Source: Octopus vulgaris
Lineage: Eukaryota
Reading direction: 5' to 3'
Assembly: GCA_951406725.2 (NCBI GenBank)
Contig: OX597815.1
Coordinates: 120,404,001-120,468,000, forward strand
Length of the DNA: 64,000 nucleotides
In this document: piece by piece, positions 52,143 through 64,000 of the stretch
How positions within the stretch are numbered: position 1 is the first letter of the stretch
Layout: each line of letters starts with the position of its first letter
Notes under the pieces: model-generated
What the model was told of the DNA's origin: nothing
Seen by the model: only the letters and a program-made list of their open reading frames with translations
Databases searched by the model: none
Made by a program: the position numbers and the translations under genes

Positions 52143-53455
52143 GACGCGCGAAGCAGTAATGATTAGAATAAAGCTGTGTACATGTATCTTTAATACGTTC
52201 GTGTCCACTCAAACGTTACGATAACTATCTGAGAAAGAACATCTTATTTATAGACATTGTGTGTGAAAACACACAGAGTTGGGTTATGAATGACGGCATC
52301 GAACTATAGGACACGTGTTTCTACGTTGTTACGTCTCATCAACTAAAAAAATGCAGAAATTGTCGTTCATAGCCCTGGCTATAGGCGCAGGAGTGGCTGC
52401 GTGGTAAGTAGCTTGCTTACCAAGCACATGGTTCCGTGTTCAGTTCCACTGCGTGGCACCTTGAGCAAGTGTCTTCTACTATAGCCTCGGGCCGACCAAA
52501 GCCTTGTGAGTGGATTTGGTAGACGGAAACTGAAAAAAGCCTGTCGTATATATATGTATATGTTTGTGTGTGCATATATGTTAGTGTATCTGTGTTTGCC
52601 CCCCCCAACATCGCTTGACAACCGATGCTGGTGTGTTTACGTCCCTATAACTTAGCGGTCCGGCAAAAGAGGCCGATAGAATAAGTACTAGGCTTATAAA
52701 GAATAAGTCCTGGAGTTGATTTGCTCGATTAAAGGCGGTGCTCCAGCGTGGCCGCAGTCAAATGCCTGAAACAAGTAAAAGTGTATAAGTAAACAACAAA
52801 TAATAAATTCGCTGGTGTGCACAAAGCTTTATCAAGCTAAACTCATAAAATAAAGGCTCACTGAGAAGCGATGAATAAAATAAGGGTGTGTGCATTTATA
52901 TGTAACCCGTTCGTGAACGTGGAAAAGAAAAAGAAATTCTTTTTAAGGACAATGAGTGTGACAACATTAATGGCCATTATAAATGCAATGCCAAAAGGAA
53001 GATTTCTTTCCTAAACAGTTACCGCAACGAAGGCCTTTCCCTGTTTGCGTGTACATTAACATATATTAATGAACACATCTGTATTTCAATCATTGCCACT
53101 TAGCATATTTTTAATCAATCTATTAATTAATTAAGCAATTAATTAATTAATTAATTCCAGTTTTGGATAGTTTTGCACATGCTTATTAATTAATTATTTA
53201 TTCTTAAGTACAGTAGTTCTTAATGTGTTACGAACGACGGAGTCAGTGTTTGTAGTTGACGAGGTGTAACGATGCAGAAACACGTGTTCTATCGTCCGAT
53301 GGCTTCATTCATAGCTCAACTCAGTGTTTTGAAACATGTTTTATTAGGGGAATTTCTCTTCCTTGATGGTTACCATATCGAATGTCTTTCAACGTCTGAG
53401 TGGAACATGAACGTGTTAAATATAAACGTATACAGCTTTATTGCTATTTAGCGTC
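52143..53455. repeat. Diverged inverted repeat (52143-52350 / 53248-53455) with outward-facing hammerheads at 52307-52345 (-) and 53253-53291 (+); a SINE lies in the spacer
   Basis: TAG-TTGATGA...GAAA-CACGTGTC-CTA on minus and TAG-TTGACGA...GAAA-CACGTGTT-CTA on plus; downstream arms align (TCATTCATA.C.CAACTC, TGAGTGGA, ACAGCTTTATT). Confidence 0.75.
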
Positions 53456-54614
53456 ACTCAGTCTTGGTCTTATGATCAAAGGTTTTCCAATCTTACTCTT
53501 TATTAAGGGTTATGTTATTTAATGCGTGAAGGCGCGTGGCTCAGTTGTTAGGATGGTTGTACTCATGATCGTAAGATCGTAGTTTCGATTCCCGGACCGG
53601 GCGTTGAGTTATGTTCTTGAACGAAGCACTGACGTTGTTTCAGCTGTAAATGAGTTCCATTAGTAGCTAGGAAGTTAACCTTGCGACAGACGAGCATTCT
53701 GATCAAGGTGTAGTGTTATGATCTAAGTCAAAAACCACAAAATGAAAGTGGTTTTAGAAACATAGAGAAGAAACATAGCACCGATTCTTATTTTTCTCGT
53801 GTCATTTGTGGGTAGCATACGACACTTCAAAAAACAAGATCAGACCGTCGGGTGACTGGTTTATATGAAGTCCAGATAAACAGAGGAAGGAAGGGAGAGA
53901 GAGATAGAGAGAGAGAGAGGGAGGGAGAGAGAGAAAACATTGTTTCTTAGAAACCGACTTCCTCTTGAAATATCTAGACACACACACACACACACACACA
54001 CGAAGAATGTATATAGACATGGTAACACGTAACATAAATGATAATTTCCATTCTCTTTATCTATGACGCCTTCTCTCTTTCCCATCTATCTTTTATTCAT
54101 CTCTTTCTCTTTCTTTCTCTTTTCTTTCTGTCTCTCTCATACAAATATGAAATATTGGAGACGTTCCGGCTGCAATGAGGCTCATTTGCATTAATTCAAG
54201 TGAATTTGTGGCAAAATTTTCTCATGTCCACCACATTGAAAACGTCAGCCGTTGCCGGAACTATGGAATTTTTGTAGCTATTTTTACTTACATTTTATAC
54301 GGTCCAAAAATATATGAAAACATCCAGCAAAAAAACAATAACAAAACAAAGTGACAGAACAACAAACATTATTATTGGTAGTATTTAAGGCGACGCGCTG
54401 GATGAAATGCTTAGCGGTGTTTCGCCCGTCGCTACGTTTTGAGTTCAAATTCCGCCGAGGTCGACTTTACCTTTCAAACTTTCGGGGTCGATAAAATAAG
54501 TACCAGTTGAACACTGGGGTCGATGTAAACGACTCACCCGCCCCACTCCAACTGTTGCACTTATGGAAAAATTTGAAACCATTATTATCATTAGTAATAT
54601 AATGCTCAGGAAAA

Positions 54615-54665
54615 AATGGAAGTCCATGACGTTTCGAGCCTACGCTTTTTTACAGAAAGGAAAAA
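54615..54665 (-). mobile_element. Decayed solo Penelope terminus with an HHR remnant
   Basis: Minus strand CTTT-CTGTAAA-AAGCGTAGGCTC-GAAA-CGTC. Confidence 0.6.
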
Positions 54666-55313
54666 GGACACAAAAAAGGGGGAAAGAGAAAAAGAACACA
54701 AAGAAAAAATAAAACGAATTAGAATTAATGGTTACTACATGTTGGACTGACCGGAAGGACGGAATTGGCTGGAGGCGTGGGTGGCAAGGCGAGACAACAG
54801 TGACCAAACAAAGGCATGGTGCTAAACAAGATATCTCAAAACTTTATAATTGTGAAATGACATTTCTGCTCAGATTGACATAATTATTCAATCCACCGAA
54901 AGCAATAGATTACTATAAAGGAGATGAATTTATGCCTACTCGAAATAAATAATCTCTTTGTGAAATCTCTTATTCAAACAATGAAGCACTGAAAAAACAG
55001 CAGCACTCAAGTTGCTTCAATCATACTAGTCTTCACCGTGTTAGATCTCTTAGTAAGAATTTAGGAAATGGAATTTCTCCTCTGGGTTCTGTCAGCCTCT
55101 TGTCGCAAATTGCAGGAATTTTGATAATTACATTTATTTGATCTTTGAAATTACAAGATGTTTTTTATACTACGCAAGATACATACATGCATACATACAT
55201 ACATACATACATACACATACATACATACATACATACATACATACATACATACATACATACATGCATGCATGCATGCATACATACATACATACATACATAC
55301 ATACATACATACA

Positions 55314-55344
<31 letters not shown>

Positions 55345-55977
55345 TAGTTATTGGTATACACCTAGTAGTTTGCCGGGAAAACACGTTCACTAGCTCAGTG
55401 TTCGTTAGTTATCTAATTAATGAGAGAGACGGAAGATGGCAGATACGAGAATCTTTATTGATCAATCTTTATTGGTATTATATGTATGTGTGTGTGTGTG
55501 CATTTGCTTTTATGAGAAGTTATATATAAAAACAATTTAGCATAAAACTGAAGTATTACTGAGTATACTTTAGTATTAATTTTTACAAGAAAAATGTTGA
55601 CAGTAGCTTTTCTTTATTTACGAGAGTTATTGGTTGTGAACCTTTTGTATCATATTCTCAAGGTTTCTAAGTTATCCTGCATTGAGATTGTTGTTGTGGT
55701 AGTGTTTAACTTAGTTTATGGTAATTTTGTTGTATACATTACATTATACATTGATATAGTGTCTTTTATTGGGTATCTAATTCTGGTAAGGGTTATACTT
55801 GTTCAAGAATGTATTGCTTATGGAAGTTTTGTTGCATATATTTTGTATTACGCTAAGAAGTAGTGCAAGGTACCAGAATTTTCAAATCAAGTCAAATAAA
55901 ACAAACTACCCGAGTCGTTTGAGTATTTGTGCAAGTGGAGTCTGGACAGACTGGTTTGTACTTGCATCTAGTCGTAT

Positions 55978-56282
55978 AAGTTGTAATAATGAAATCAAAC
56001 CAAATAGTGGTAATTTCAAATTATATGATACAAATTATATTATGCATATTCTTCAGGTCTGCATAATAGATAATAGGAAATTCATCCATTACATTAGACC
56101 TTTCAGTTAAAACATTTCAAAATATATTGTTTTATTCACATATTATTTATAATTTTGAAATGTTTTAACCGAGGAAGATCTTACGTAATTGATGTATATC
56201 CTATTATATATGACACAGGCCCGAAACGTACGTGTTAAATGATTTCAAAGTATCAGTTTGGTTTGACTGCCTTGTTACAACT

Positions 56283-56283
<1 letters not shown>
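55978..56283. repeat. Diverged palindrome (arms of about 145 bp) with decayed outward-facing hammerheads (about 56040-56111 -, 56164-56239 +)
   Basis: GTTAAAACATTTCAAAAT / ATTTTGAAATGTTTTAAC at the centre, AAGTTGTAA...TCAAACCAAA at the ends; plus strand TTTAA-CCGAGGA...GAAA-CGTACGTG-TTAAA. Confidence 0.7.
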
Positions 56284-56316
<33 letters not shown>

Positions 56317-57699
56317 TGTGTGCACTTACAGTATTGTAAGTATGGATATAAATATCATCAACAATAGCAATCCAAGCAAAAACCAGGCAGTTGTATTATC
56401 AGGTTACACAGCAAATATCACAAAATGCTAACATTAATCAATTCGCACTTAACGGTCTATCGGCTAATTGCAGCTAAATTGATTAATCGATTAGAAGATA
56501 ATAACGTCTTCACAAATTATGGCTGCCCTAGAAAAACAATAATTTCAAATCGCTTTCATTAGATAACGGATCTTCATTTAAAAAAAATTGTTTTGGAAAG
56601 AAACTGTTTCGATGAAAATTGTCATCATAGTCAGAACCGGTTTGATAGTGTGCCTGAGCACACATCAACCTTTCTCAACTAAAGGAGGAGTAAAGATAAG
56701 TGGGGAAATGTGATAACGAATTACAACTGATGTAAGCATTACTGGCTTCATCTGTCGAGCCAATGAGGGAGAATTTTCGTGGCCGCTCGATCTTCTAGAA
56801 ATAGCAGTCAAAGCCCCTTCGAATATCAATTATACCTCATTAAACAAGAGAAAACACATTAGATAATGTTGTCTTCAATAGAGTAAGTTTAAAAAAAGAC
56901 CGGATGGATGGTCGCGGCTAGAACGTCTTTAATCATAAGACTGTCCAGTTAGGACTCATATGGGAATCAACAACAGCAACAATCATAACAGTGACAATAG
57001 CAACAACAACGACAATAACGACTAGCTTCTTAATTTTGCAAGGCTTGAAGTATTTAGTTAGCCAAAACTACAACATCAGTTGTACCACTAATAAACGCTC
57101 TTAGAAATGTCATGAAAATCATACGCCCTCTATTCCTTCTCGAAAAATATAGAAGTTTTGAGTCTAGTCGAAAGAAACCCATGATATCGGGATTTTTGAA
57201 CATTTTTTACGATTCTTTTGAAGCTGAGTGAAACATCCTTTGTAATACAACATATAACAACATATTTACGATTAGCTACGACTCTGTGTGTATTGCATGT
57301 AATTTAGAATTGTTGCGGGAGCGTGGCTTCGTAACATGAGCTACGAATTCGCTAAATACTTTAGGTGCTTATGTAATCACAAGCAGATATAAATACCCTC
57401 TCGATTACCCTATCTTTGACTCAGTGGGACATCCTGGATGTGACATCAGGAGGGAAAGAGAGGTGCAGCAGTAGAACTCATTTACAACTGACTAGACTGG
57501 AGCAACGTGAAATAAAATACGTTGCTTCAGGACACAACGTGCGGCTCGATCCCTGAATTGAACCCATCACATTATGACATTTAACTAGGCCACGTCCCTT
57601 CATTTTAAAATATTAAAAAACCAGTAATCGGACCACTAAATTCTAATTTCAGTGAATATGTAAATACTTAATCTATATTTCAGAGATGAGGAGTTTATA

Positions 57700-58150
57700 C
57701 TGTTTACATTAGTCAAACTGTTTTCCTCATCTTGATTGTTGCTTTTCACTGCGTTTCGGTTGTTGTACGCTCCAGCCTTTTATCAGGTATCTTGTGATTC
57801 CCCTCAGTGCCTCAGAACCTCCAGGTCAAATATGGAATTATATTATTCAATCTGTACGGAGTCGACAAAGAACATCAATGGAGGTTTATAAACCTTAAGA
57901 ATTTACTCGGCCACTGCCTACGGGCGTAGTGTTGTGGAGAAAGGCGTTAGTTAATGCAATGCTGTTACCCAAAGGTCCTGAGTTCAATCTGAGGCAAGAC
58001 ATTTAGGTGAATCACAAGACACCTGAAGAAAGCTGGAGCATACAGCAGCCAAAACGTAGTGAAAACAATAAAGATGACATCAGTTCGACAAATGTAAAAG
58101 AAAAAAAAAACAATAAAGATGAGGACACCTGTCCGACAAATTTAAAAAGT
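57700..58150. repeat. Inverted repeat with decayed outward-facing hammerheads (57747-57790 -, 58019-58061 +) around a spacer of about 200 bp containing a tRNA-like B box
   Basis: GAATCACAAGA.ACCTGA..AA.GCTGGAGC.TACA.CA.CC.AAACG.AGTGAAAA in both orientations; spacer has CCTGAGTTCAATC. Confidence 0.72.
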
Positions 58151-58859
58151 GTACCTAATATAAATACTTAGTTTAGAGATATAAAAGAGAGAACACTTTG
58201 CTAATTTATGCTAGCGTCTCATCTTATCGAGGAAGATGTTAATTTTGGGGGTGAAGATTCTCTCCTTATTTACTTAATGTTTTTGTGTAACTCTGTCAGC
58301 CTTCGTCGTACTTTTCCCTCCACCAAATATTGTATCTATATAACAATATTATTCATTGTATCTTCTGTGTATGTTAAGACAGTAGCGTGTGAATTAAGAC
58401 ATGCTAAACAAACGCCGGTTTGTCTTTAAAGAAAGAATGTCCAAACGTTAGAATACATTGTACTTTCTCAAATCTCACACATAGATACTGCATGTTTGTT
58501 GGTGATTTCCATCTGTAGATTATTTCTTTACCTTTCATTGTAAATAAAGGTAGATGAGTTAAGATTTCGACTGAATAAATGCTAGACTGATTATCAGATT
58601 TTTCTTCCCTCGAAATTGTTCAAACCAGTTCCTAGGAAATCAAGTAATTTTTGATAATCCTGGATTATTTCTACATATCTTAAAATTTACAGAAGTTAGA
58701 CTAGTAACCACATTAACAAATATTAGTACTCTCTCTCGATCAACTTGAAGACCAGACGTCCACATTAAATGGAGGAAGTGAACAGCCAATACACCGCTGA
58801 GAAACTATGAAAGTATGGACGTTAAAATTGAAATGCAATAAATAAATAATTAAATAAAT

Positions 58860-59150
58860 AAATGAACTGGATGCGGCACTCCGTCGGTTACGACGGCAAG
58901 TGTTCCAGTTAATTCGATCAACAAAACATCCAGCTCGTGAAAGTAACGTGCTCTCAGGGAGATTCGGTGTGACTCAGAATGTGACAAAGTTGGCCCTTTG
59001 AAATATAGGTACCTCTTACTTTTGCCAGCTGAGTGGACTGGAGCAACGTGAAAATAAAGTGTCTTGCTCAAGGACACAACGTGCAGCCGGGAATCGAACT
59101 CACAACCTTAAGATTGTGAGATGAATATACTAACCACCAACCCACGCGCT
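58860..59150 (-). mobile_element. tRNA-derived SINE family D; related copies at about 63210-63495, 57480-57600 and 43950-44165
   Basis: Shared GGAGCAACGTGAAA..AAGTGTCTTGCTCAAGGACACAAC...CCGGGAATCGAACTCAC. Confidence 0.8.
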
Positions 59151-59328
59151 TAGTGTAAATTAACAAACAAGCGAATAAATAAAAAGAATGGGAATTTATT
59201 TAGACTTGTTGGCTCCCCAAAAAAGAAAATAAAAATGTTTAGAAATTGAGTGAATTTTCTTTATGTAGAACTTAGTGCAAAATAATTCTGATCGGCTAGA
59301 GGTGAGAGAGGGGCAAAGACAATGATAT

Positions 59329-59380
<52 letters not shown>

Positions 59381-59391
59381 TTATATATATA

Positions 59392-59813
59392 GGATCTTTT
59401 CGGTTTGAACGGCAGTTTTTTTCTAGCGGTGTCATATGAAATTGTCACCCATAATTATGACCCTAGTATCGATCTATTGCATTTCAATCTGTTTTAGGGT
59501 TAGGGTTAGGGTTAGTGGTGGGGGGAAGGGTATCTTTTTTTCTTCACAAATGTAAATAAATCCAATCTGTTTCTTAAACGAGGGACATATTCATACGGCA
59601 CAGAATGATTTTAACTCAATAGACGTCAGTGATTGGTTGAAATTGCAGAAATTGAAGAAAAAAAACAACAAATATCTTACAAACCATAGAATTTTCTCAA
59701 TAAAGCCAAGAGAAAAAGATGTTTTATAAACACATTCTACCAGTATACGAAGTTTTAAATTTTTAGTTACCTAGAAATTATGTTAAAAACTGCCGTTCAA
59801 ACCGAAAAGATCC
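59392..59813. mobile_element. 422-bp MITE with perfect TIRs and internal TTAGGG repeats
   Basis: GGATCTTTTCGGTTTGAACGGCAGTTTTT ... AAAAACTGCCGTTCAAACCGAAAAGATCC; TATA flanks; (TTAGGG)3 near 59494. Confidence 0.9.
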
Positions 59814-60339
59814 TATATATATGCATACACACGTACGACAGGCTTTCACACAGTTCCCATCAACCAAATTGTCACACAAGGGAAGCTCGAAGTTTGAGAA
59901 GACACTTGCCCAAGGTGTTGTGAATTCTTATTCTTTTATTTTTTTTACTTGCTTCATTCATTAGACTACATCCATGCAAGGGCACCGCCTTGAAAAATTA
60001 TTTTTGTTGAATAAATCGATTCCAATTATCTTTTTAAAGCCTGGTACTTTTTCTATCGGCCTTTTTCATCGAACCGCTAATTTACGGGGACGTAAACACA
60101 CTAACACTGGTTGTCAAGAGTTGTGAGCAACACACACACACACGACGGCTTTTCAGTTTCTATCAATTAAATTCACTCACAACGCTTTAGTCGGCCCAAG
60201 GCTATAGTAAAAGACACTTGTCCAAGGTGCCACGCAATGGGACTGAACCCAGAATGATGAGGTTGGGAAGCAAACTTACCACACAGCCACTCCTGTGGAA
60301 GTTTATGAATGATCTATTTGGAGCAGCTGCAACCGAGAT

Positions 60340-60570
60340 ATGTTTCTTCACGCCGCACCAGGTATTTCTACCTTCTCCCTAGTTTTGCTAGGTCCCTAAC
60401 GTCATGTGGTGTGTCTCTGGCAATAACATCAACGTAGTCGAATAGTCATCGTCTTCTTGTAGGGTTCGGAAGTATCCACTATGATCTGGTGATCAACACG
60501 ATTGCAATGACCAGCAAAGCCTGTCCTGCGTTGAGCAACGGGTGAAAATACTGAAAAATGAGATTCTGCT
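60340..60570 (-). mobile_element. RTE-like LINE C-terminal remnant
   Basis: VAQRRTGFAGHCNR and YVDVIARDT resemble RTE C-terminal motifs. Confidence 0.5.
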
Positions 60571-61382
60571 GAGATTCTGTTCATTATCACGTAGAGATTT
60601 ACGAACGTGCGTAAACACACACGCATACGCACATACACACATGCATGCGCGTCTACATATGCATACACACACTAAGCCTTTTTTGTCTTTTAGTTTTCTC
60701 TTAATTCATATAATGAATCTATTCACTGGTTCATAGTCGAAAACTAGGCTGATTTAACAAGGGACATCATGTCGCACGTCAGTTTAGACAAACTACAACA
60801 GTTAAAGGTTTCGTGGTCGAGGGAGGAGGTAGGCTGAAATGAAGCAAATACTTGTTGTTCAAGAAATAATATAAGAATCAGCAACATTAAGGAGAACAGC
60901 AATAACAACAATAACACTTTGTGACAGACACTGCGTATTTACAGAGCACATAGAGAGAGAAAGTGAGAGAGGGAAAGAGGGAAGAAAATAAAGATAAACA
61001 AGCAGTGTGTGTGAGAGAGAGAGTGAGAGCTAGTAAGCCATTCATATAATTCAGGTTTAGCCATTCATGTCGATGAAGGTGACTCATTCACATAGGCATT
61101 CGCGTAGATAAAAATAAGTCATTCACGTAGACACGAATAAGTCGTTTATAGTGATCGCTGTTAATTATTCATATAAGTGAGGGGCTATGAGGGGACTGAT
61201 CACGTAGATATGATATCCCGTATATTTTAGTCTTTCTCTTAGGCTTCAAGTAGTTGAAATGAGTCTAACATCTAATTAAATCAGAGAAGCTATTAAAGAT
61301 TCCATCTTTGTACATCAAAACTAGAACTCATTTTTCTACACTTCGTAAGATTCAACATTAAAGACGGTGAAGCTGTTGTTGT

Positions 61383-61700
61383 TGCGGGAAAGGCGCCTGG
61401 GATGCCGAGTCCGACGCCAACGCTAAAGCCTCGTACCGGTCCGCCGCTTCGCGTGAAGACGTGTTCCGGCGCCCGGCGGCGTGACGCCGAGCGAACGGCG
61501 ACGCGACACATACAGCTCGACCGACCCGGTCCTTGGAGCCAATCCTTCTTCCGAAGGTACGGATCCATTTCGCCGGCTTCCCTTACCTACATTGGCGCTA
61601 TCAAGAGGCTGTACACTTTGGAGACCTGCTGCGGATGGTGGATACGGATCGACTCGAGAGTTGCAAATCGTTACGGACCCGGATTTTCCAGGACCGCCTG
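61383..61700 (-). pseudogene. Dispersed 28S rRNA fragment
   Basis: GAGCCAATCCTT.TTCCGAAG.TACGGATCC...CTTCCCTTACCTACATTG...GGAGACCTGCTGCGGAT is the reverse complement of a conserved eukaryotic LSU core; GC-rich expansion-segment-like flank; several substitutions; no other rDNA nearby. Confidence 0.88.
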
Positions 61701-62785
61701 CGTATTTACAAGTCAGTGTTTATTGGATAGACTTGTGGTGATCAAAATTATCCCCAACTATGACCACACTATCTTGTATATCCAAAGACTTCATTGTCCA
61801 ATTTCTTGTTTGTAAGACGAGAGTGTATGATTTCTTGTAGGTTTTACTGTTGCTTCTATCAAGTGGAGTGAACACACAGATCTCTCACTGACTTGTGGGA
61901 CATTGTAGCTTTGAATAGCAAACACATGGTCCCAATTGTTAGAGAGAGATGAACAGCGTCATTTAGCATTAAATGTATTGGCAATGACACAACGAAGCAA
62001 TATTGATCATATACAACGTAGAGATAATTTGTAACTGGTAAGATGGCATAAGGCTTGGCGTAGAGTGTCGGATTGCCAGAATCATTAGAGCATCGGTCAA
62101 CAGCTTCTATACTCTTTTACTTGTTTCAGTCATTTGACTGCGGCCATGCTGGAGCACCGCCTTTAGTCGAGCAAATCGACCCCAGGACTTATTCTTTGTA
62201 AGCCTAGTACTTATTCTATCGGTCTCATTGCCGGGCCGCTAAGTTACAGGGACGTAAGCACACCAGCATCGATTGTCAAGCGATGTTTGGGGGACAAACA
62301 CAGACACACAAACATACATACACACATACACACACACATTTATATATATATATACATACATATATACGACAGGCTTCTTTCAGTTTCCGTCTACCAAATC
62401 CACTCACAAGGCTTTGGTCGGCCCGAGGCTATAGTAGAAGACAGTTGCCCAAGGTGCCACGCAGTGGGACTGAACCTGAAACCATGTGGTTGGTAAGCAA
62501 GCTACTTACCACACAATGTTTCAGCAGTTTGCGTTCTGAGTTCAAATCCCACTGAGATCAATTTTACCTTTCATCTTTTGGTCGATAAAATAAAGTACCA
62601 CTCAAGCACTCGAAGCAGTTTAATCAACTGTTTCTACTTCTCAAATTTCTCGCCTTGTTTCTTTTTTAAAAAATTATACAGTCGGTCATATGATATTTCA
62701 CATTTAAGTGCTAAATAACCACTAAAAGTATGTAGAACAAACCTTTATGGACGTTATACTGAAAACCAGTACAAATACTGTCACA

Positions 62786-63136
62786 ACTTTTCTTTATTGC
62801 TCATAAAGGGTCAACATAGAGGGGGACAATACAACATTCATGTACATCGAATGAGGTTATAAAATTTTATATAAAAATGATTATAAAACGGATGAAACAC
62901 AAATTACAAAACAAACAATAAAAGGACAATATGAGGTTAAAAAAAACAAGTGTGCTCCGACCCCAGGAGCTTTGTCTTTTTAACCGACACCTTTTGGAAG
63001 TCCTTACAGTGTGTTCATGCAGGGCCTTTCACTCCTAGCATCCGTACAACACGCATCCATCTTTTTTTGTACGTACACTCTGACAGACACCTTCTCTCCA
63101 GCCCCACCTTCATTTTCAGATGAAACGTAAAAACAT
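62786..63136 (-). mobile_element. 5'-truncated LINE 3' end with a 21-bp target-site duplication
   Basis: ACCAGTACAAATACTGTCACA at 62765-62785 and 63137-63157; tail TGTCCCCCCTCTATGTTGACCCTTTATGAGCAATAAAGAAA. Confidence 0.75.
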
Positions 63137-64000
63137 ACCAGTACAAATACTGTCACATCAAGCATTCCAAATGCAACATACCTATAAACTTTGCCTCTTA
63201 TTCATAAACTCGCACTCGATCGGTTCCAGTTGATTCGACCAATAGATCAGTCTGCTTATGAAATTAACATGCAAGTGACTGAGTACTCCACAAACATGCG
63301 TACCATTAACGTAGTTCTCAGGGAGATTTGGCGTAACACAGAATGTGACAAGGCTGGCCCATTTTTGCCAGGTGAATGAAATGGAGCAATGTGAAAATAG
63401 AGTGTCTTAATCAAAGCTACAACCCGCCGCCGGGAATCGAACTCACGACTTTTTGATCGTGAGTTGAATAAATTAACCACTAAGCCACAAGCATTCACCT
63501 TTTATACATACAAACAATAAATAAAGTTGAAAATACATCTGTCTTCTCTTTGGTTCTCTCACATTTAACTTCATATCATACTCTTTACTCTTTTACTCTT
63601 TTACTTGTTTCAGTCATTTGACTGCGGCCATGCTGGAGCACCGCCTTTTAGTCGAGCAAATCGACCCCAGGACTTATTCTTTGTAAGCCTAGTACTTATT
63701 TTATCGGTCTCATATTCATCAAAATCTCAAAACAGGCTGAATTGTTTTATAAAATATAATACCTTCTAGATATCAAATTACTACGGGCGAAGAGAGTAGA
63801 ACAACAATGGCAAAGTGTCCTAGCATAAATGTTTCCTTCTTCATTTTATCCTCTAGCCTACTGGCTCATAAGATCGAAATTTATCCGGATTTTCAAAGCG
63901 TCTTGGCGGAATGTGCAAGACTTCATCTTGAACTGGACACCAATCCATCGCAGGGTAACCCCACAGGCACTACTGGTACACATTGTTAGCTAAGTGTAAT

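Noticed and set aside
52384-52460. tRNA gene
   Set aside because: tRNA-like head continues into a multi-copy SINE body; no complete cloverleaf
55594-55863. Hydrophobic 89-aa ORF as a membrane protein
   Set aside because: T-rich composition explains the hydrophobicity; may be the antisense of a very old Penelope remnant, too decayed to call
61293-61815. GC-rich ORFs as protein-coding, or an R2 insertion site
   Set aside because: ORFs overlap the 28S fragment; the R2 target sequence and any adjacent R2 element are absent

Overview
AT-rich, microsatellite-dense animal genomic DNA. The SINE families, (TA)n/(CA)n/(TATG)n/(GATA)n load and TTAGGG repeats suggest a cephalopod such as Octopus; this is inference. 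No intact host gene is evident. The window is mostly a mosaic of mobile elements: one apparently intact Neptune-type Penelope-like element (RT + GIY-YIG, tandem pseudo-LTR), an older Penelope, R2-superfamily (RLE) LINE ends inserted in microsatellites, an RTE LINE with three C2H2 fingers, a CR1-group LINE 5' half, an RT-less Gypsy element, mariner/Tigger/Helitron non-autonomous elements, many tRNA-derived SINEs and a 28S rRNA fragment. The most striking unannotated signal is about 15 type-I hammerhead-ribozyme (HHR) motifs from several unrelated sequence families, read by eye. They repeatedly occur as outward-facing inverted pairs (fold-back units), including a near-perfect 413-bp palindrome at 579-991 and a family with a non-canonical CUGUUGA core. 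There are also traces of a decayed polycystin-1-like gene on the minus strand (about 29.6-38.7 kb). All calls are from manual reading; boundaries of old elements are approximate.
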